Numbered from the whole stretch's first letter, positions 1 to 14,066 are shown. The stretch is 63,724 bases of DNA, filler included, from Octopus bimaculoides (GCF_001194135.2; 6 parts of 6 records of this genome joined end to end with filler, not necessarily neighbours in it); one strand, 5' to 3'. A program made the numbers and translations. Notes: generated by a model from the letters alone, not told the origin.

Positions 1-37
1 TATGTTGGCTGTCTCCAGGGTCTTTCTATTTGTGCAC

Positions 38-188
38 CTGAGGAAAGGACAAAGAATGTTGTCTACCAAGAGGCACTCTAATGATAACAACGGCAACTTC
101 AACTGCTCTAATTTCAACTCCGCAATTTTTTCATCGTCCTGTCAGCCCACGTAAGTCCAGTCTTGCTTTGCTCTCCTTACTAACTCAC
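38..188 (-). other. Candidate 151-nt spliceosomal intron of a gene running off the left edge
   Basis: atg|gtgagt donor and ttctttgtcctttcctcag acceptor; joined frame would read MSWCTNRKTLETANI, unrecognised. Confidence 0.4.
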
Positions 189-322
189 CATGACATTCTT
201 TTTTTTTCTACCAAAATCCGTCACCCAAACACCACTTCGTATCCACTTCTTCCTCTTTTTAATGTCTTCGTTTCTCTCTTCGCATCGCTCTCTGACCGGG
301 TGAAACCGGGCTTAGCTGCTAG

Positions 323-353
<31 letters not shown>

Positions 354-462
354 GGAGTGAAAGAGATAGAGGAAAAAATATGTTCATGGCTGTATATGTT
401 AATACAGAATTGGTCACTGTATTAGCTTTCACTATAAAATATATCCTAATACTAACCAACCA

Positions 463-499
<37 letters not shown>

Positions 500-1051
500 A
501 AACACAAACACACACGTAAAGAGAGAAAGAAAGATGTGTTCAAATATAGTCATATGTCGACAATCTGTATTGGTTTCTGTAATAATTATTACTATAAAAT
601 ATATTCAAATACTAACCAGCCACATTTGTATAGAGAAATCTATCCAAATATTTAGATATTTATGGCAGCCCAGTCTGTATTGGTGGCTATAATAGTTAGT
701 ACTACAAAATACATTGAAATTCTGGTTGAATATGTAGACAAAAATTTTCCTTTTGTTTTCATTCATTAACTTTATAGCAATTACTGGGTTAAATGTGTTC
801 ATTTTATAACTGAATGGATGTAGTATTCACTGAAAATAACTTTGTTATGGCAGAATGGTTGGCATGATGGATAAAATGCTTTGCAACATTTTTTCTGGTT
901 CTTTTACTTTCTAAGTTCAAATTCTGCCTTGGTTAACTTAGCCTTTCATCCTTTTGGGGTTGATAAAATAAGTACCAGTGGTGCATTGGGGTCAGTGTAA
1001 TTGACTTGCCTCCTCCCCTAAAATTGCTGGTCTCCTGTCAAAATTATTATT

Positions 1052-1410
1052 ATTACCTCCTCCTCAGCGAAGGTGGAGGTATTGTTTTCAGTTGTGTTTG
1101 TTTGTTTGTCCATGGACAAGATATCTCAAGAACTGCTGGATCGATTCAGATGTAACTTTCAGGGATATTTGGCCCTGTGGCTGGCTTGAATTGATGAGAT
1201 TTTGGGATTGATCTAGGATTTTGGATTATTTTTCCTGCTTTTTTACTAAATTTTTGAGAGTGGTCGGGTTCATTTTTAGTATTCTCATTTGTGAGAGCAG
1301 TCAAGTTTATTTAAGATATTCTCATTTTAAAAATCATCTTTGGCTAATCGTTGAGAGGACATTGGTGTTGCCTTGGCAGAGGTTTGCACTCTCTGAGTGC
1401 TCTTATTATG
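1052..1410 (+). mobile_element. Non-autonomous Helentron/HINE (DINE-1-like) element
   Basis: 5' ttacctcc..ggaggta inverted pair, 3' ggcagaggt subterminal repeat plus gcactctctgagtgc hairpin, T-rich flanks; internal part repeated at ~16000-16115. Confidence 0.55.
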
Positions 1411-3033
1411 GGCTCTAATTGAGAACCACTGCTCTACATGGTCATTCAACCAGCTAGAAATAACAGCCAAGGGGTTAAACAACAACAGCCACCAAATATA
1501 ATTTAATATATTTCTTCAAGGGCTTATTACTTGAAAGAAACCAAATTATTAAGCTTATGTTTCTGTATGGACTAGATGATGACAGGATGGAAATGGGGGA
1601 TGAATTTTGTCTTTCATGTGACTAACAGGATGTGGAACCCAACTTGGTATTTAAGACACAACAGCCTGAAAAAAGAAAAAAGAAAAAGCAAAAATTCATA
1701 ACCACTACAAAGTTTTTTTTTTTTTTTTTAAACTGGCACAAACAGTGTTTGCAGCTCATTAAATCAACATATGTACACAGAATTCAAACAGTGGAATAAA
1801 TTTTTAAGCTGTGTGTTTTGGGAAGAACTCTTTGAAAGAAAAGTTGATATTTTTTTCTTTCTTTACTCAGTAGAGCACTCTGCCTGGGATGTTAGATTTC
1901 TCTTCCTCACAGCTCAAAATTTAATCCTCTGTTTGTATTATTATTATTATTATTATTATTATTTTTTTTTTTTTTGTTTGACACAGAACGTCCCTTTTTT
2001 TCTTTGGTTTCTACTGTTTCCAAATGTATTATGACCCCTTTTAGTTGCCACTCATCAACACACAGGATTATGGTGCACATATATTAAAATTTGAGATACA
2101 TCACCATCTTTCAACATTCGTGTTCAATGTTAGCATGGGTTGGATGGTTTAACAGTAACCAAAGTGTCCATGTGCTACACTGAGCCCCAGTCTCTGCTTT
2201 GACTGCTGATTGTTTGTAATATTTAAAATGAATTGCTTAAGTACATTGCATTTGCAGATGTGTGTTTAACAATATTTAGGAGTTAAAGTTTGTCGTTATT
2301 AACTCTGGCTGATTCAAGAGGACATTTTATGTCATAAATTGCAATTTTTGAACTACAAAAATATTGACTGTTTTGAAAATGCTTTTTTTTTTTTTTTTTT
2401 TTTTTTGCCTTTCCCATCTATTAAAATCATTCATTGATATTTCATACATATTCGCAATTGATTCTATAGTTTCAAAAAAAACTAAAATATTTATTATTGC
2501 AATTGAATAGAAAAGGATAAGGATGCTTCTTTTCAGTGATTCCTATTTGGGACTTTTAGAAAAATTTATAATTTCTAAACTAATTCACACACAAAGAAAA
2601 TTTTAAAACTATATATTATTTTAACTCTCAAGACACCTGGCAAAGCCAAAAAATATGAATAAAAAAAATTTGGCAGTTAATGGGTGAAGAACAACTAAAG
2701 GTAACTTTACCTTTGATAAAACCTTCAACATGAAATCACAAACCTGTAAGCCTCAGAGTCTACCTCAGAGAACCAATGTAGCGCGCCAATTTCTATGTAA
2801 ACATGATTATTGTAAACCTTGATTCAAACAGTTACATCAGACACACAAATAATAGTTTCTTTGTAATAATTTACTCGTAAGCAGCCAAGTTTATATTATA
2901 TTCAATGTACTTGTAGAGCTATCACAGTACAACACAATAAATAAACAGCTAATACAATTTAATTTGGAGTTATTTGACTTGAGTTTCAATCTTGCTGTTT
3001 CTTCAGGAGTAACGCACTCATACCTATTTATGT

Positions 3034-3066
<33 letters not shown>

Positions 3067-3224
3067 TACACTCACATATTTACATGTAACCACATATTCT
3101 AAAATGGTGTTATTCATGAAGAAATTGCAACATTGAAACTTAAGCCAAACAGCCCTAACTTTAATTGTCAGATGTTATTTATTTTGTGTGTGCCTGCATG
3201 CTTGCATGTGTGTGTGTGTGTTAT

Positions 3225-3259
<35 letters not shown>

Positions 3260-3829
3260 GTTAGACACAAGATAATTGTGATCAAAGAAAAACTGCATCA
3301 AATATCTTTTTAAGGTGGAGTTAGTCTGCTTCGTTGAAGATAGCACTCTTAAAATACAGACAAGACATAAGTGTGTTAACAAGGAATCCATTTTTAAAAT
3401 GTGTATTTGGTGTGGGTACATGTCTGTCTCTCTCTCTATATATGTGTGTGTGTGTGTGTGTGTTTGGGTACATACAGGTGTATGCATATGGGTGTGTATA
3501 AATTTATGTGTATATAGGTATATTATGTCTATACGTTTTTGTGTGTACGTATGGGTGTGTTTGTCTATGTAAGTATATACTTATAAGTATGAACATGTGT
3601 TTGCTTTTATGTATGTTCATATATATATTTCTGTGTATCTATATTATGCACACAACTCATTAACAACTCCTGTAATACTGTGATTAAGGAATAATCATGC
3701 AATTTCACATGTAAAAAGAAGCCCTTTGCTTATTGTATTTGAAGTAATCAACCAGAGATTGTATTTTGTAGACCTACCGTTATTACAAGTGTCTGACAAG
3801 TATGCGCACACGCAAACACATGCACACAT

Positions 3830-3859
3830 ACAGGTACATACATATACACATCTACAAAT

Positions 3860-3898
<39 letters not shown>

Positions 3899-3950
3899 CA
3901 CACACACACACACACACATATATATACACACACACACATATACACACACA

Positions 3951-3982
<32 letters not shown>

Positions 3983-4153
3983 CATGTATATATATATATA
4001 TATAATACATAGATATATATATACATGTATATATATATATAATACATAGATATATATATACATGTATATATATATAATACATAGATATATATATACATGC
4101 ATATATATATTTATATACATACATTCATATATATATATATATATACACATACA

Positions 4154-4246
<93 letters not shown>

Positions 4247-4270
4247 GTACATACATATACATATATATTC
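3830..4270. repeat. Compound (CA)n/(TA)n/(TACA)n microsatellite, representative of dozens in the window
   Basis: Direct reading; comparable tracts at 17.8-19.6 kb, 29.5 kb, 32.0-32.4 kb and 62.8-63.2 kb, with trinucleotide tracts at 12.9-14.4 kb. Confidence 0.97.
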
Positions 4271-4994
4271 TAACACAGGTTTCCATTTCTGTTTTTCCCC
4301 CTTTTCTTTTTTGCTTTCTTTCTTTCCGTCTTTGTTTCTTCTTCAATTGTCTCCATTTACTTCTCCTAATGACATTCTCCGATGATTCATTCAGATGCTG
4401 TTATTGATAGCAATCAATGTTTATGGCTCTATATAACACAGATTACAGTCAATGGCTTTTTCACACAGCTACCTTCTTCATACAATTTTCCAATTCATCA
4501 TTCTTAATGGTGACCCATTTCTTGGATTGTCTTTCTCATTCTGTGCCTCCACATGTTGTTTGTTTGTTTGTTTTAATCCTAGTCGGAACTGACTGATCAG
4601 GTCTATGATCAAATCCGTTCCACCCATGACCATCTCATCCAAATTATTTTTATTGTTTAGGCACTGAACTGGCAGAATCGTTAACATGCTGGACAAAGTG
4701 CTAAGCGACGTTTTGTCTCTCTGTATGCTCTGAGTTCAAATTCCGCTGAGGTTCATTATACCTTTTGGGGGTCAATAAAATAAGTATCCATTCAGCTCCA
4801 GGGTCGATATAATCGACTTACCCTTCCCTCCACAAATTATTGTGTCAAAATTTGAAACCATTATTATTGTTGTTGTTCTTGTTTTGAGACATAATTCAGT
4901 ATTCAATGTAACCTTCATACTTAAAAAGACTTTCTCTTCTATGTATGTGTGTGTTTTGCTAACATTGTAAATACAATATGTTCTGGCATACAAT

Positions 4995-5190
4995 TCTAAT
5001 TTTTGCAGACCAAAGNNNNNNNNNNTCCCCTAAAAAACACAGGTTGACTTATACACCAAAACAACTTTGGAAGACTGAAAATTCTATGTGAGATAAAGCA
5101 AGAGTTGGAAAGATATTGGTGATGTTTGAATGTTAGCGTTACATATTAACACTATATATAGTGTTGACTTATATGGTGGAAAATGTGGTA
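4995..5190. mobile_element. pogo/Tc2-like terminal fragment
   Basis: Repeated gttgacttatacac / gttgacttata..ggaaaatgtggta terminal motif. Confidence 0.4.
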
Positions 5191-5204
5191 ATATTATATT
5201 ATCA

Positions 5205-5420
5205 TTGTGGAAGCACATGGCTTAGTGTATTGGATTTATGATTGCAAGATTGTGGTTTCAATTCCTGCACCGGGCAATGCATTGTATTCTTGAGTAAAAC
5301 ACTTCATTTTACATTGCTTCAGTTTATTCAGATGGCAAAAATAATTAATCCTGCAATAGACTGGCATCCCATCGAAGGAGGAACACCAGAGAAACCGTGT
5401 AATCAGCTCCATGTTCCTTA
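5205..5420 (+). mobile_element. Old tRNA-derived SINE of a further family
   Basis: atggcttagtg A box, ggtttcaattcc B box, cctgcaatagactggcatcccatc block; related head at ~24300-24420. Confidence 0.55.
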
Positions 5421-7280
5421 AGGAGTTCTGTGGGCTCACTGATGTATTATCACTGCACCTGTGGCTTTAAACAGGAATCATTATTTGAATTTGAGCTGCC
5501 AGAATGGAATTAACATGTTGGACAAAATTCCTAGTGGTATTTATTCTAGCTTTATACATCCTGAGTTCAAATGCCACTGAGGTCAACTTTGTCTTCGATC
5601 CTTTTGGGGCTTGGAAAATAAATACCAGTTAAGCATTAGGGTTGATGTAACTAACTTACCCCTCCCCTCAATGATGTTTTTGCTTTTTTCTTTAAGACAG
5701 TAGAGTATAATTTGATGGAGATTTGGTTGTTATTTCTAGAAGACTAAAAGGACAACAGAGTTGACCTCACTGGGATTTGAACTCTCAGAACATGAAGAGC
5801 CAAAAGAAATGTCACTGAGCACTTTGTCCAACATCCCTAATGAGTCTGCCAGTTGGTCACCTTACAATGGTTTCAAATTTTGGCACAAGGCCAGCAACTT
5901 TGAAGGGAGTGGTGTTACTTGGTACCATTGTCACGCCCATCTTCTCCAAGTATTTGATCAAGGCTTTATTTCATTGACTCCAAAAGGGATGAAAGCCAAG
6001 TCAGCTTTGGCAGGATTTGAACTCAGAACTTAACAGAACCAGAACCTTTTCTTTTGTAATAATTGCTTTCAAATTTTGGCACAAGGCCAGCAAGTTCAGG
6101 AGAGGGGGCTAAGACGATTACATTGACCCCAGTGCTCAACTGGTTCTTATTTTATCGACCCCTAAAGGACGAAAGGCAAAGCTGATTCCTGCGGGATTTG
6201 AACTCAGAACATAAAGGTCAACGAAATGCAGATAAGCTTTTTTTCCCAGCATGCTAACGATTCTGCCAGCTCACCACCTTATTAATAATGATAACAATTA
6301 ATAATAATTGTTATCATGATTACTATTTCCACCACCACCACCACTGCCACCACCGCCATCACTGCTCGTTTCTATACTTTCTGTTGTCTTTATTCTGTCT
6401 TCNNNNNNNNNNNNNNNNNNNNNNNNNNNNNNNNNNNNNNNNNNNNNNNNNNNNNNNNNNNNNNNNNNNNNNNNNNNNNNNNNNNNNNNNNNNNNNNNNN
6501 NNNNNNNNNNNNNNNNNNNNNNNNNNNNNNNNNNNNNNNNNNNNNNNNNNNNNNNNNNNNNNNNNNNNNNNNNNNNNNNNNNNNNNNNNNNNNNNNNNNN
6601 NNNNNNNNNNNNNNNNNNNNNNNNNNNNNNNNNNNNNNNNNNNNNNNNNNNNNNNNNNNNNNNNNNNNNNNNNNNNNNNNNNNNNNNNNNNNNNNNNNNN
6701 NNNNNNNNNNNNNNNNNNNNNNNNNNNNNNNNNNNNNNNNNNNNNNNNNNNNNNNNNNNNNNNNNNNNNNNNNNNNNNNNNNNNNNNNNNNNNNNNNNNN
6801 NNNNNNNNNNNNNNNNNNNNNNNNNNNNNNNNNNNNNNNNNNNNNNNNNNNNNNNNNNNNNNNNNNNNNNNNNNNNNNNNNNNNNNNNNNNNNNNNNNNN
6901 NNNNNNNNNNNNNNNNNNNNNNNNNNNNNNNNNNNNNNNNNNNNNNNNNNNNNNNNNNNNNNNNNNNNNNNNNNNNNNNNNNNNNNNNNNNNNNNNNNNN
7001 NNNNNNNNNNNNNNNNNNNNNNNNNNNNNNNNNNNNNNNNNNNNNNNNNNNNNNNNNNNNNNNNNNNNNNNNNNNNNNNNNNNNNNNNNNNNNNNNNNNN
7101 NNNNNNNNNNNNNNNNNNNNNNNNNNNNNNNNNNNNNNNNNNNNNNNNNNNNNNNNNNNNNNNNNNNNNNNNNNNNNNNNNNNNNNNNNNNNNNNNNNNN
7201 NNNNNNNNNNNNNNNNNNNNNNNNNNNNNNNNNNNNNNNNNNNNNNNNNNNNNNNNNNNNNNNNNNNNNNNNNNNNNNNN

Positions 7281-7760
7281 CCCTTCCTTGCTCATTCTTC
7301 CTCTCCCTTTGCTCTTCTCCTCTCCCTCCCGCCTTCCTCATTCTTACCCCTTGCTCTTCCACCTCCTCTTTCTTCTCCTCCTCTTCACCTAGCTCTTCTC
7401 TCTTCTTCACCACCCCCCACCGTCTTCTTCCTTTCTTTTCTTCCTTTTCTTTCTTCCTTGGTTCACCTCTCCCTTATCTTGCTTCTCTCTCTGCCTCACT
7501 CTCCTCTCTCCCCTACCTTGTTCTCACTCTCCCCTCCCCCTTTGCCACACTCTTCTCTTTCCCTCTCGCTTCTCTCTCACCCCCACCTTGCTCTATCCTC
7601 ACCCTCATTTTCCCCCTCTTCCTTATCTTCTTTCCCAACCCTTCCTTTCCTTTGCTCTTATTATTTTCCTTCTTCTCTCTCCCTTTTCCTTTCCCTCTCT
7701 CCTCCCCCTCCTCCTCCCTCTCTCCAATATATTTCTCCCTCCATTTTTTCCTTGTCTCTT
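7281..7760. repeat. Polypyrimidine low-complexity tract
   Basis: Almost only C/T on the plus strand. Confidence 0.9.
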
Positions 7761-8744
7761 TCCCCCTCAACATACCCTCACCTGGCCATTTCTACCCCAA
7801 GCGCAACAATTTCAGTTCTCTGTACAAACTCTGTCGGTGGAAGTGATATTGTTTCTGATGGTATTCCTGTTGTCGATGGTGTTGTTCTTTTTCTTGTTGT
7901 CACAGGTGATGGTGGTAGTGCTGGTGGTGAGGTAATCTGGAGTGGGTGGAGGTGGAAGTAGGAAAGAATCACTTGATTGCAACCTCTTCTTCATGTTTTT
8001 ATGTTCTTTAAATTCTTTAAAACAAAAACAAACACCAACAATCTTTCATTCCATTTATTGAAATTGCATCCTCTTTTGATTATTGCTGTTGTTGTTGTTG
8101 TTATTGTGGCTGATGATGAATGTAAATAAATTTTAACATTTTGTCAATGGACCCCTAACAAGTTCAGTCAGTTATGCGTCAAACAGTCCCTTTGATGTTT
8201 CTATAAAAACAGTCAAACTCCTTCGAGCATTTCATGAGTTTTGTTGTTGCTGTTGTTGTTGTCGTCATCATCATTAGAGATCAACAAAAGTAGCAAGATG
8301 GCAGAATCAGAAGAGCATTGGGCAAAACGCTTAGTGGCATTTCTTCCGGCTCTATGTTTTGAGTTCAAATTCCGCCGAGGTCAACTTTGTCTTTCATCTT
8401 TATCATCATCATCATCATCATCATAATCATAATCACCGTCCTTTAACATCCGCTTTCCATGCTGGCATGGGTTGGACAGTTTGACTGAGGGCTGGCAAGC
8501 CACAGGGCTGCACCAGGCTCTAATTTATGGGTTGATAAAATAAAGTATCACTCAAGTGTTGTCGGGGTGGGGGTGGGGGTCAATGCAAATGACCAAGCCC
8601 CTGCCCACTTCCAAAATTGCTGGATACTCAATTTAAAGTTTTCCAAGGTTGACATTGCCTTTTGTCCTTTCAGGGTCGGTAAAATATTACCAGTTGAGCT
8701 CTGGGGTTGATGTGCCTGTAGTAGAAAAGATTTCATAGTAGGAT

Positions 8745-9349
8745 GTAGGGTGGTGAGCTGGTAGAATCGTTAGTACACTGGGTGAAATGCTTAAGTGGCA
8801 TTGTGTCTGTCTCCACATCCTGAGTTCAAATTCTGCCAAGGTCAGCTTTGCCTCCCATCCTTTCAGAGTTGATAAAATAAGTACCAGTCATGCACTGGGA
8901 TCAATGTAATTGATCTGCCCCTTCCTTCAATATGCCTATAGTAGAAAGGGTTATTATTGTTATTATCGTTTATTATTAAGATAACGAGCAGGCAAAATCA
9001 TGAGTACACCGGGTGAAATGCTTAGCGGTATTTTGTCTGCCGCTATGTTCTGAGTTCAAATTCCACCGAGGTCGGCTTTGCCTTTCATCCTTTCCGGGGT
9101 CAATAAATTAAGTACCAGTGAAACACTGGGGCCGATATAATCAGTTAGTCCCCTCTCCCAAAATTTCTGGCCTTGTGCCTTTTGTAGAAAGGGCTGTTAA
9201 GGTGACAAGATGGCAGAGCTGGACACAAGGCTTAACAACATTTTTTTCTGGCTTTATGTTCTGAGTTCAAATACCGCCAAGGGCGATTTTTGCCTTTCAT
9301 CCTTTTGGGATCGATAAAATCAGTACCAGTTGAGCGCTGGGGTTGATGT
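8745..9349 (+). mobile_element. Cluster of three SINE family C copies (ggcggcgagctggcagaatcg...ctgagttcaaattccgccgagg...)
   Basis: Repeated tRNA-like head with gagttcaaattcc B box; other copies at ~845-1050, 4665-4870, 5490-5680, 8290-8400, 8600-8740, 50560-50740 and 56085-56430. Confidence 0.88.
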
Positions 9350-11003
9350 NNNNNNNNNNNNNNNNNNNNNNNNNNNNNNNNNNNNNNNNNNNNNNNNNNN
9401 NNNNNNNNNNNNNNNNNNNNNNNNNNNNNNNNNNNNNNNNNNNNNNNNNNNNNNNNNNNNNNNNNNNNNNNNNNNNNNNNNNNNNNNNNNNNNNNNNNNN
9501 NNNNNNNNNNNNNNNNNNNNNNNNNNNNNNNNNNNNNNNNNNNNNNNNNNNNNNNNNNNNNNNNAAAACAGACCTTTTTTTTTTCCTAATTATTTTTTAC
9601 TTATTTATTTTTAAATGTCAGAAAAAAAGACCAAAAAAAAAAAAAATGAAAGCCAGACTGGGAAGGGCATTGGATGACTACCAGCTGATAGGTTTTTGGT
9701 TCTAGTCTACTATGGTCTCTTAATATTTCTTAAAGCCCAAGGCCAGCCCTGATTGATGAAAATCATTCTAGCCATGACCATCCTGCCTTTTAAGGAATAT
9801 TAGATTGTCCAGTGCAACCTTCCTTGTGTAACCCTTTAGAATTCAAATTATTCTGTCAAATGTGATGCTTATTTAGTCACATTGTTTGGAGTTAATTACT
9901 TGGCCAATATCTTCACAAACACTGCCAACATACAGTGAAATCACTTTTATTTTGAAATTAAAAAAAAAAAAATTCTTTTACTTCTTTTTTTTTTTTTTTT
10001 TACTCTTTCATCCGAAAGGTGTCATCTTCTCTTCACATTTTCTAAATTTTCCTGTCAGATCTATCACCTTTATTAAGTGTCTTTTTTTTTTAACACTAAA
10101 ACGAATGGTACTTTTTATCTTCTGCTATTTTAGTTTTTAGAATTTAAATTATTTAAAATTTTATTATTATTACCCATGCCAGCATGGAAGGCAGACGTTA
10201 AACGATGATGATGACGATAACGATGATGATGACGATAGCGATGATGATGACGATAACGATGATGATGACGATAACGATGATGATGATGATGATGACTAGT
10301 ATAGTTCTTTTATCTTTTTATTTGTTTCTGTCATTAGGCTACAGCCATGGGGCAGGTACCAGCTTGAAGAATTTTAGTTGAACAAATCGACCCTAGCAGT
10401 CTGGTACTTATTTTATTGGTCTTTTTTGCTGAACTGCTAAGTTGTCATTGTTATAAAAGGGATGTAAACATGTCAACACTGGTTGTCAAGCAGTGATGGG
10501 AGACAAACAGACACAAAAAACACTCCTACATACATATACGTATATAGATATGTATATACGACAGGCTTCTTTCAGTTTCCATCTACCAAATCCACTCAGA
10601 AGGCATTGGTCAGCCTGAGGCTATAGTAGAAGACACCTACCCAAGGTGCTACAAAGTTGTTGTTATCCTTTCAGGGTCGATAAAATAAATACCAGTTGAG
10701 CACTGGGGGTTGTCATAATCATCTCATCCCTTCCCCTAAATTACTGGCCTTTATGCCAAAATTTAAAACCATTATTATTATTATTGTGTTGTAACCTTGG
10801 ATTTCAACCACAAATCTACAAGTAAATCTCCAAATTCTGGTCTCTCTTTTTTTTTTTTTTACCCCCTCTTCCATTTTTTTTTTATTTTTAAGGGTTCTTA
10901 AGTTGTGAATGCCAGAGAGCATTTAATCTTGTTTTTCTTTTTTGGATTCTTGTTTCCTTTTCTTTATTCACCTTTTTTTTTTTATTTCCCCCACCCCTTC
11001 GTT

Positions 11004-11104
11004 TCAAAGAATTTTCGAAATGTCAATCTCCTCATGTAATGAGTCCTTATGTTTCAGAGGTTTGAATTTCAAAGTCAGATTCTGGAAAATGTTCAGTGAA
11101 ATGT
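11004..11104 (-). CDS. Possible terminal coding exon of an unidentified gene (DISLNIFQNLTLKFKPLKHKDSLHEEIDISKIL*)
   Basis: (TTG)n-ttag acceptor, open frame ending in TGA, AATAAA motifs downstream; no family recognised. Confidence 0.3.
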
Positions 11105-11254
11105 CTAACAACAACAACAACAACAACAACAGCGACAGATTCCATCTTGCTCGCTTGCTTATACCATTGGTGAAGCTGTTACCAATGCTGTCACCACTTC
11201 AACAACCACCAACACTACAATCCCAAATACTATCGCACTCAACATCACCGTCAG

Positions 11255-11660
11255 TCACAACTAATGTTCTGATCAGTCACAATAAGCGTCACCATTAATC
11301 ATAACCAACTTACCATAAGTCACAACAAGCATCATCATCAATCGTAAGTTACATTCCCACCAGTCACTATTAACATCGCCATAAGTCACAACGAACCTTG
11401 ACGTCAATCATAAATTATATTCCCATCAGTCACAGTCAGCATCAACATCAGTCACAACCAGTATCAATCATAACTGACATTCCTGTCAGTCACAATCAGC
11501 TTCATCATCAGTCACAACTAGCATCATGACCATATGTTAAAACCTGTATCATCATCATCATCAGTTAGTCAGCCTCATCATCAGTCACTGTCATCATCAT
11601 CATCATCAGTCACTGTCATCATCATCATCAGTCACAGCTGATATCATCAGTTACAACTAA
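11255..11660. repeat. Degenerate catcagtcacaac minisatellite
   Basis: Recurring atcagtcacaac / catcatcagtcac units. Confidence 0.7.
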
Positions 11661-12107
11661 GGCACCTACCTCCCCACCGTCCCATTATACACTCAATCAT
11701 GTCTGACACCATTGCAGACACCAAAATTAATACCACACACACACACACACACACACATTGACATGCACATCACCATCACATTCACCATCACCAGCATTGA
11801 GCCATCAAGGGAACCTCTGCATGGGCTCTTAACCTGCAGGAAATCGTTACCAAATCTCCCTCAACCAACACCATATCACCTTCATCATCTTAAAAGATAG
11901 AACATATTTGATAGTGTGATCCGTATTTCATAAGGCTGGGGAAGATGTCCAGGATGGTCAGAGCTTAGCCATCTTTGATCTGGGATTAACCATCAATATC
12001 GTTAATGAGTGAACGGAAGAGTCTCTTGGTAGTCACTCACCCTGCTAACACTTCCAATCAATTAAGATCAGAAGCCATGAGAGCCACTGCCTGGTGCTGC
12101 ATCAGGG

Positions 12108-12129
<22 letters not shown>

Positions 12130-12141
<12 letters not shown>

Positions 12142-12669
12142 GAGTGAGAGAGCAGTGCATGCCATCAAAGTGACACTGAGGTAAAATATACGAAACCCAG
12201 AGTATATCCATCATGGCTACCCATCTGATAAGGGTACATCAGGCACATGCATCACAACGATATATGCATGACATGGTGATCTCATATCAAGATAACAAAA
12301 GCATGACCTTGCAGGTGAGGCCCAGTTAAAATTTTCTTCAGATCAAGTTGCCCAACCCACTCAAAAAGTCCCTGAATAAGGGTTGTTTAAGGATGTTGAA
12401 TGAAACACCCATGTTTCCAAAGGTGAATTATCTAAACCCCAAAGAATTCCTCTCAACACATGGCTATGATGCTCCCCCACTACTTCTGCTCGTGATCAGA
12501 GATGCTCATATCGTCAGCCACCAAGGGACATGCTCAACTGGTTAAGGTCAAACAACTGACAAGCAAATCTGTGGTATTGAGCAGAATATTTGCTGTGGCC
12601 CATCTTTTTATACTCAGACAAAACAATGTACATGATAACACTTCCAATCAGTTAAGATGAGAAGCCATG
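12130..12669. repeat. Unclassified ~550-bp interspersed or tandem unit
   Basis: aacacttccaatca.ttaagat.agaagccatg occurs at ~12048 and ~12637, bracketing the unit with an (ATT)n junction. Confidence 0.5.
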
Positions 12670-13280
12670 NNNNNNNNNNNNNNNNNNNNNNNNNNNNNNN
12701 NNNNNNNNNNNNNNNNNNNNNNNNNNNNNNNNNNNNNNNNNNNNNNNNNNNNNNNNNNNNNNNNNNNNNNNNNNNNNNNNNNNNNNNNNNNNNNNNNNNN
12801 NNNNNNNNNNNNNNNNNNNNNNNNNNNNNNNNNNNNNNNCTACAACCAGTTGGCTGCCACCACTGTACCTCCACAGTACATCACCACAATGCTGCTGTAT
12901 TAGGCCACTACAACAGCACCACATTACTATCACCTATACCAACACACTGCATCACCACCACCACTGCTACTACTACTACCACTGCAGCACCATCACCACT
13001 ATCATTACCATCATTACACTACAGCACCAATACACTACCATCATGGCTCTATATCAAGCCACCACCACCATCATCATCATCATCATCACCACCACCATCA
13101 TCATCATCATCATCATCACCACCGTCGTCATCATCATCATCATCATCATCACCATCATCATTTCTCCATGTCGTTAGTACTAAAGACCACATCTAAATAT
13201 TTCTCTGAAAGACAGCTACCAAAAAATCAATCAATAATATTGCTGTTGTTTCTGATTGGTTTATTGTTGCTGTTGCACTA

Positions 13281-13311
<31 letters not shown>

Positions 13312-13564
13312 CATGTGTGTGTGCGTGTGTGTTTGTATGTGTGTGTGTGCTTGTGTGCATATGTTTGTTTGTGTGTGTGTTGTAGTAGTTGTTATAGCTG
13401 CTAGTGTAGTGCAAGTAGTAGATGCTGTAGTAGTGATATCAGTAATGGTTTTCAGTAGTTAGTAGTAGCGCATGTAGTAGTAGCAGTAGTAGTTGCTTTA
13501 CTTAGTGACAGTGCATGCAGTAGCAGTAGTAGTAGTAGTAGTCACTATACTAGTTGATGTTGCA

Positions 13565-13770
13565 GTTGTTGTTTAACCCAGGTCAGCCCCGATCAAGCAG
13601 ATTTATGATCACACATTTCACCCGTGACCATCGCATCTATTTCTCAGGCATACTTTACCTCGGACTACAGTACCCAATATGACCCCACATTTTTTTTTCC
13701 TCCTAAAATCAATAGGGTGTGATTTGTGGGAGATTTGGCTGCTATCTCTAGCAGGTCAAGTTATCAAATC
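13565..13770 (-). mobile_element. Interspersed repeat family E with (AAC)n tail
   Basis: ctgctagaaatagcagccaaatctccctcaaatcacaccct...gatcagggctgacctggg; pieces at ~1420-1490, 4555-4640, 9705-9810, 34215-34400 and 51620-51900. Confidence 0.7.
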
Positions 13771-13813
13771 ATCATTTACAAATGTCTTCCTTGTTGGCTT
13801 GTTGTGGGTAGTA

Positions 13814-13856
<43 letters not shown>

Positions 13857-13994
13857 AGCTTGTATTGGTAGCTGCAGTAGTGGTAGTTAGTGCTAGTAGA
13901 TGGCAGTGGTTACTGTAATAGCAGCATTGTTTTCAATTGTATTAGTGGTAGTTGTATGACTATTTGCTGCAGCAGCAGCAGGGCTGGAGGTGGC

Positions 13995-14066
<72 letters not shown>

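Noticed and set aside
2965-3015. Minus-strand CTGAAGA...GAAAC..GTC motif
   Set aside because: Stems I and II do not pair, so it is probably a chance match.
4280-4393. Lys/Arg-rich minus-strand frame ([22 protein letters not shown])
   Set aside because: Explained by a purine-rich low-complexity tract; no convincing donor.
6288-7961. Long ORFs (up to 557 aa) spanning N runs
   Set aside because: They are open only because of assembly gaps and a polypyrimidine tract.
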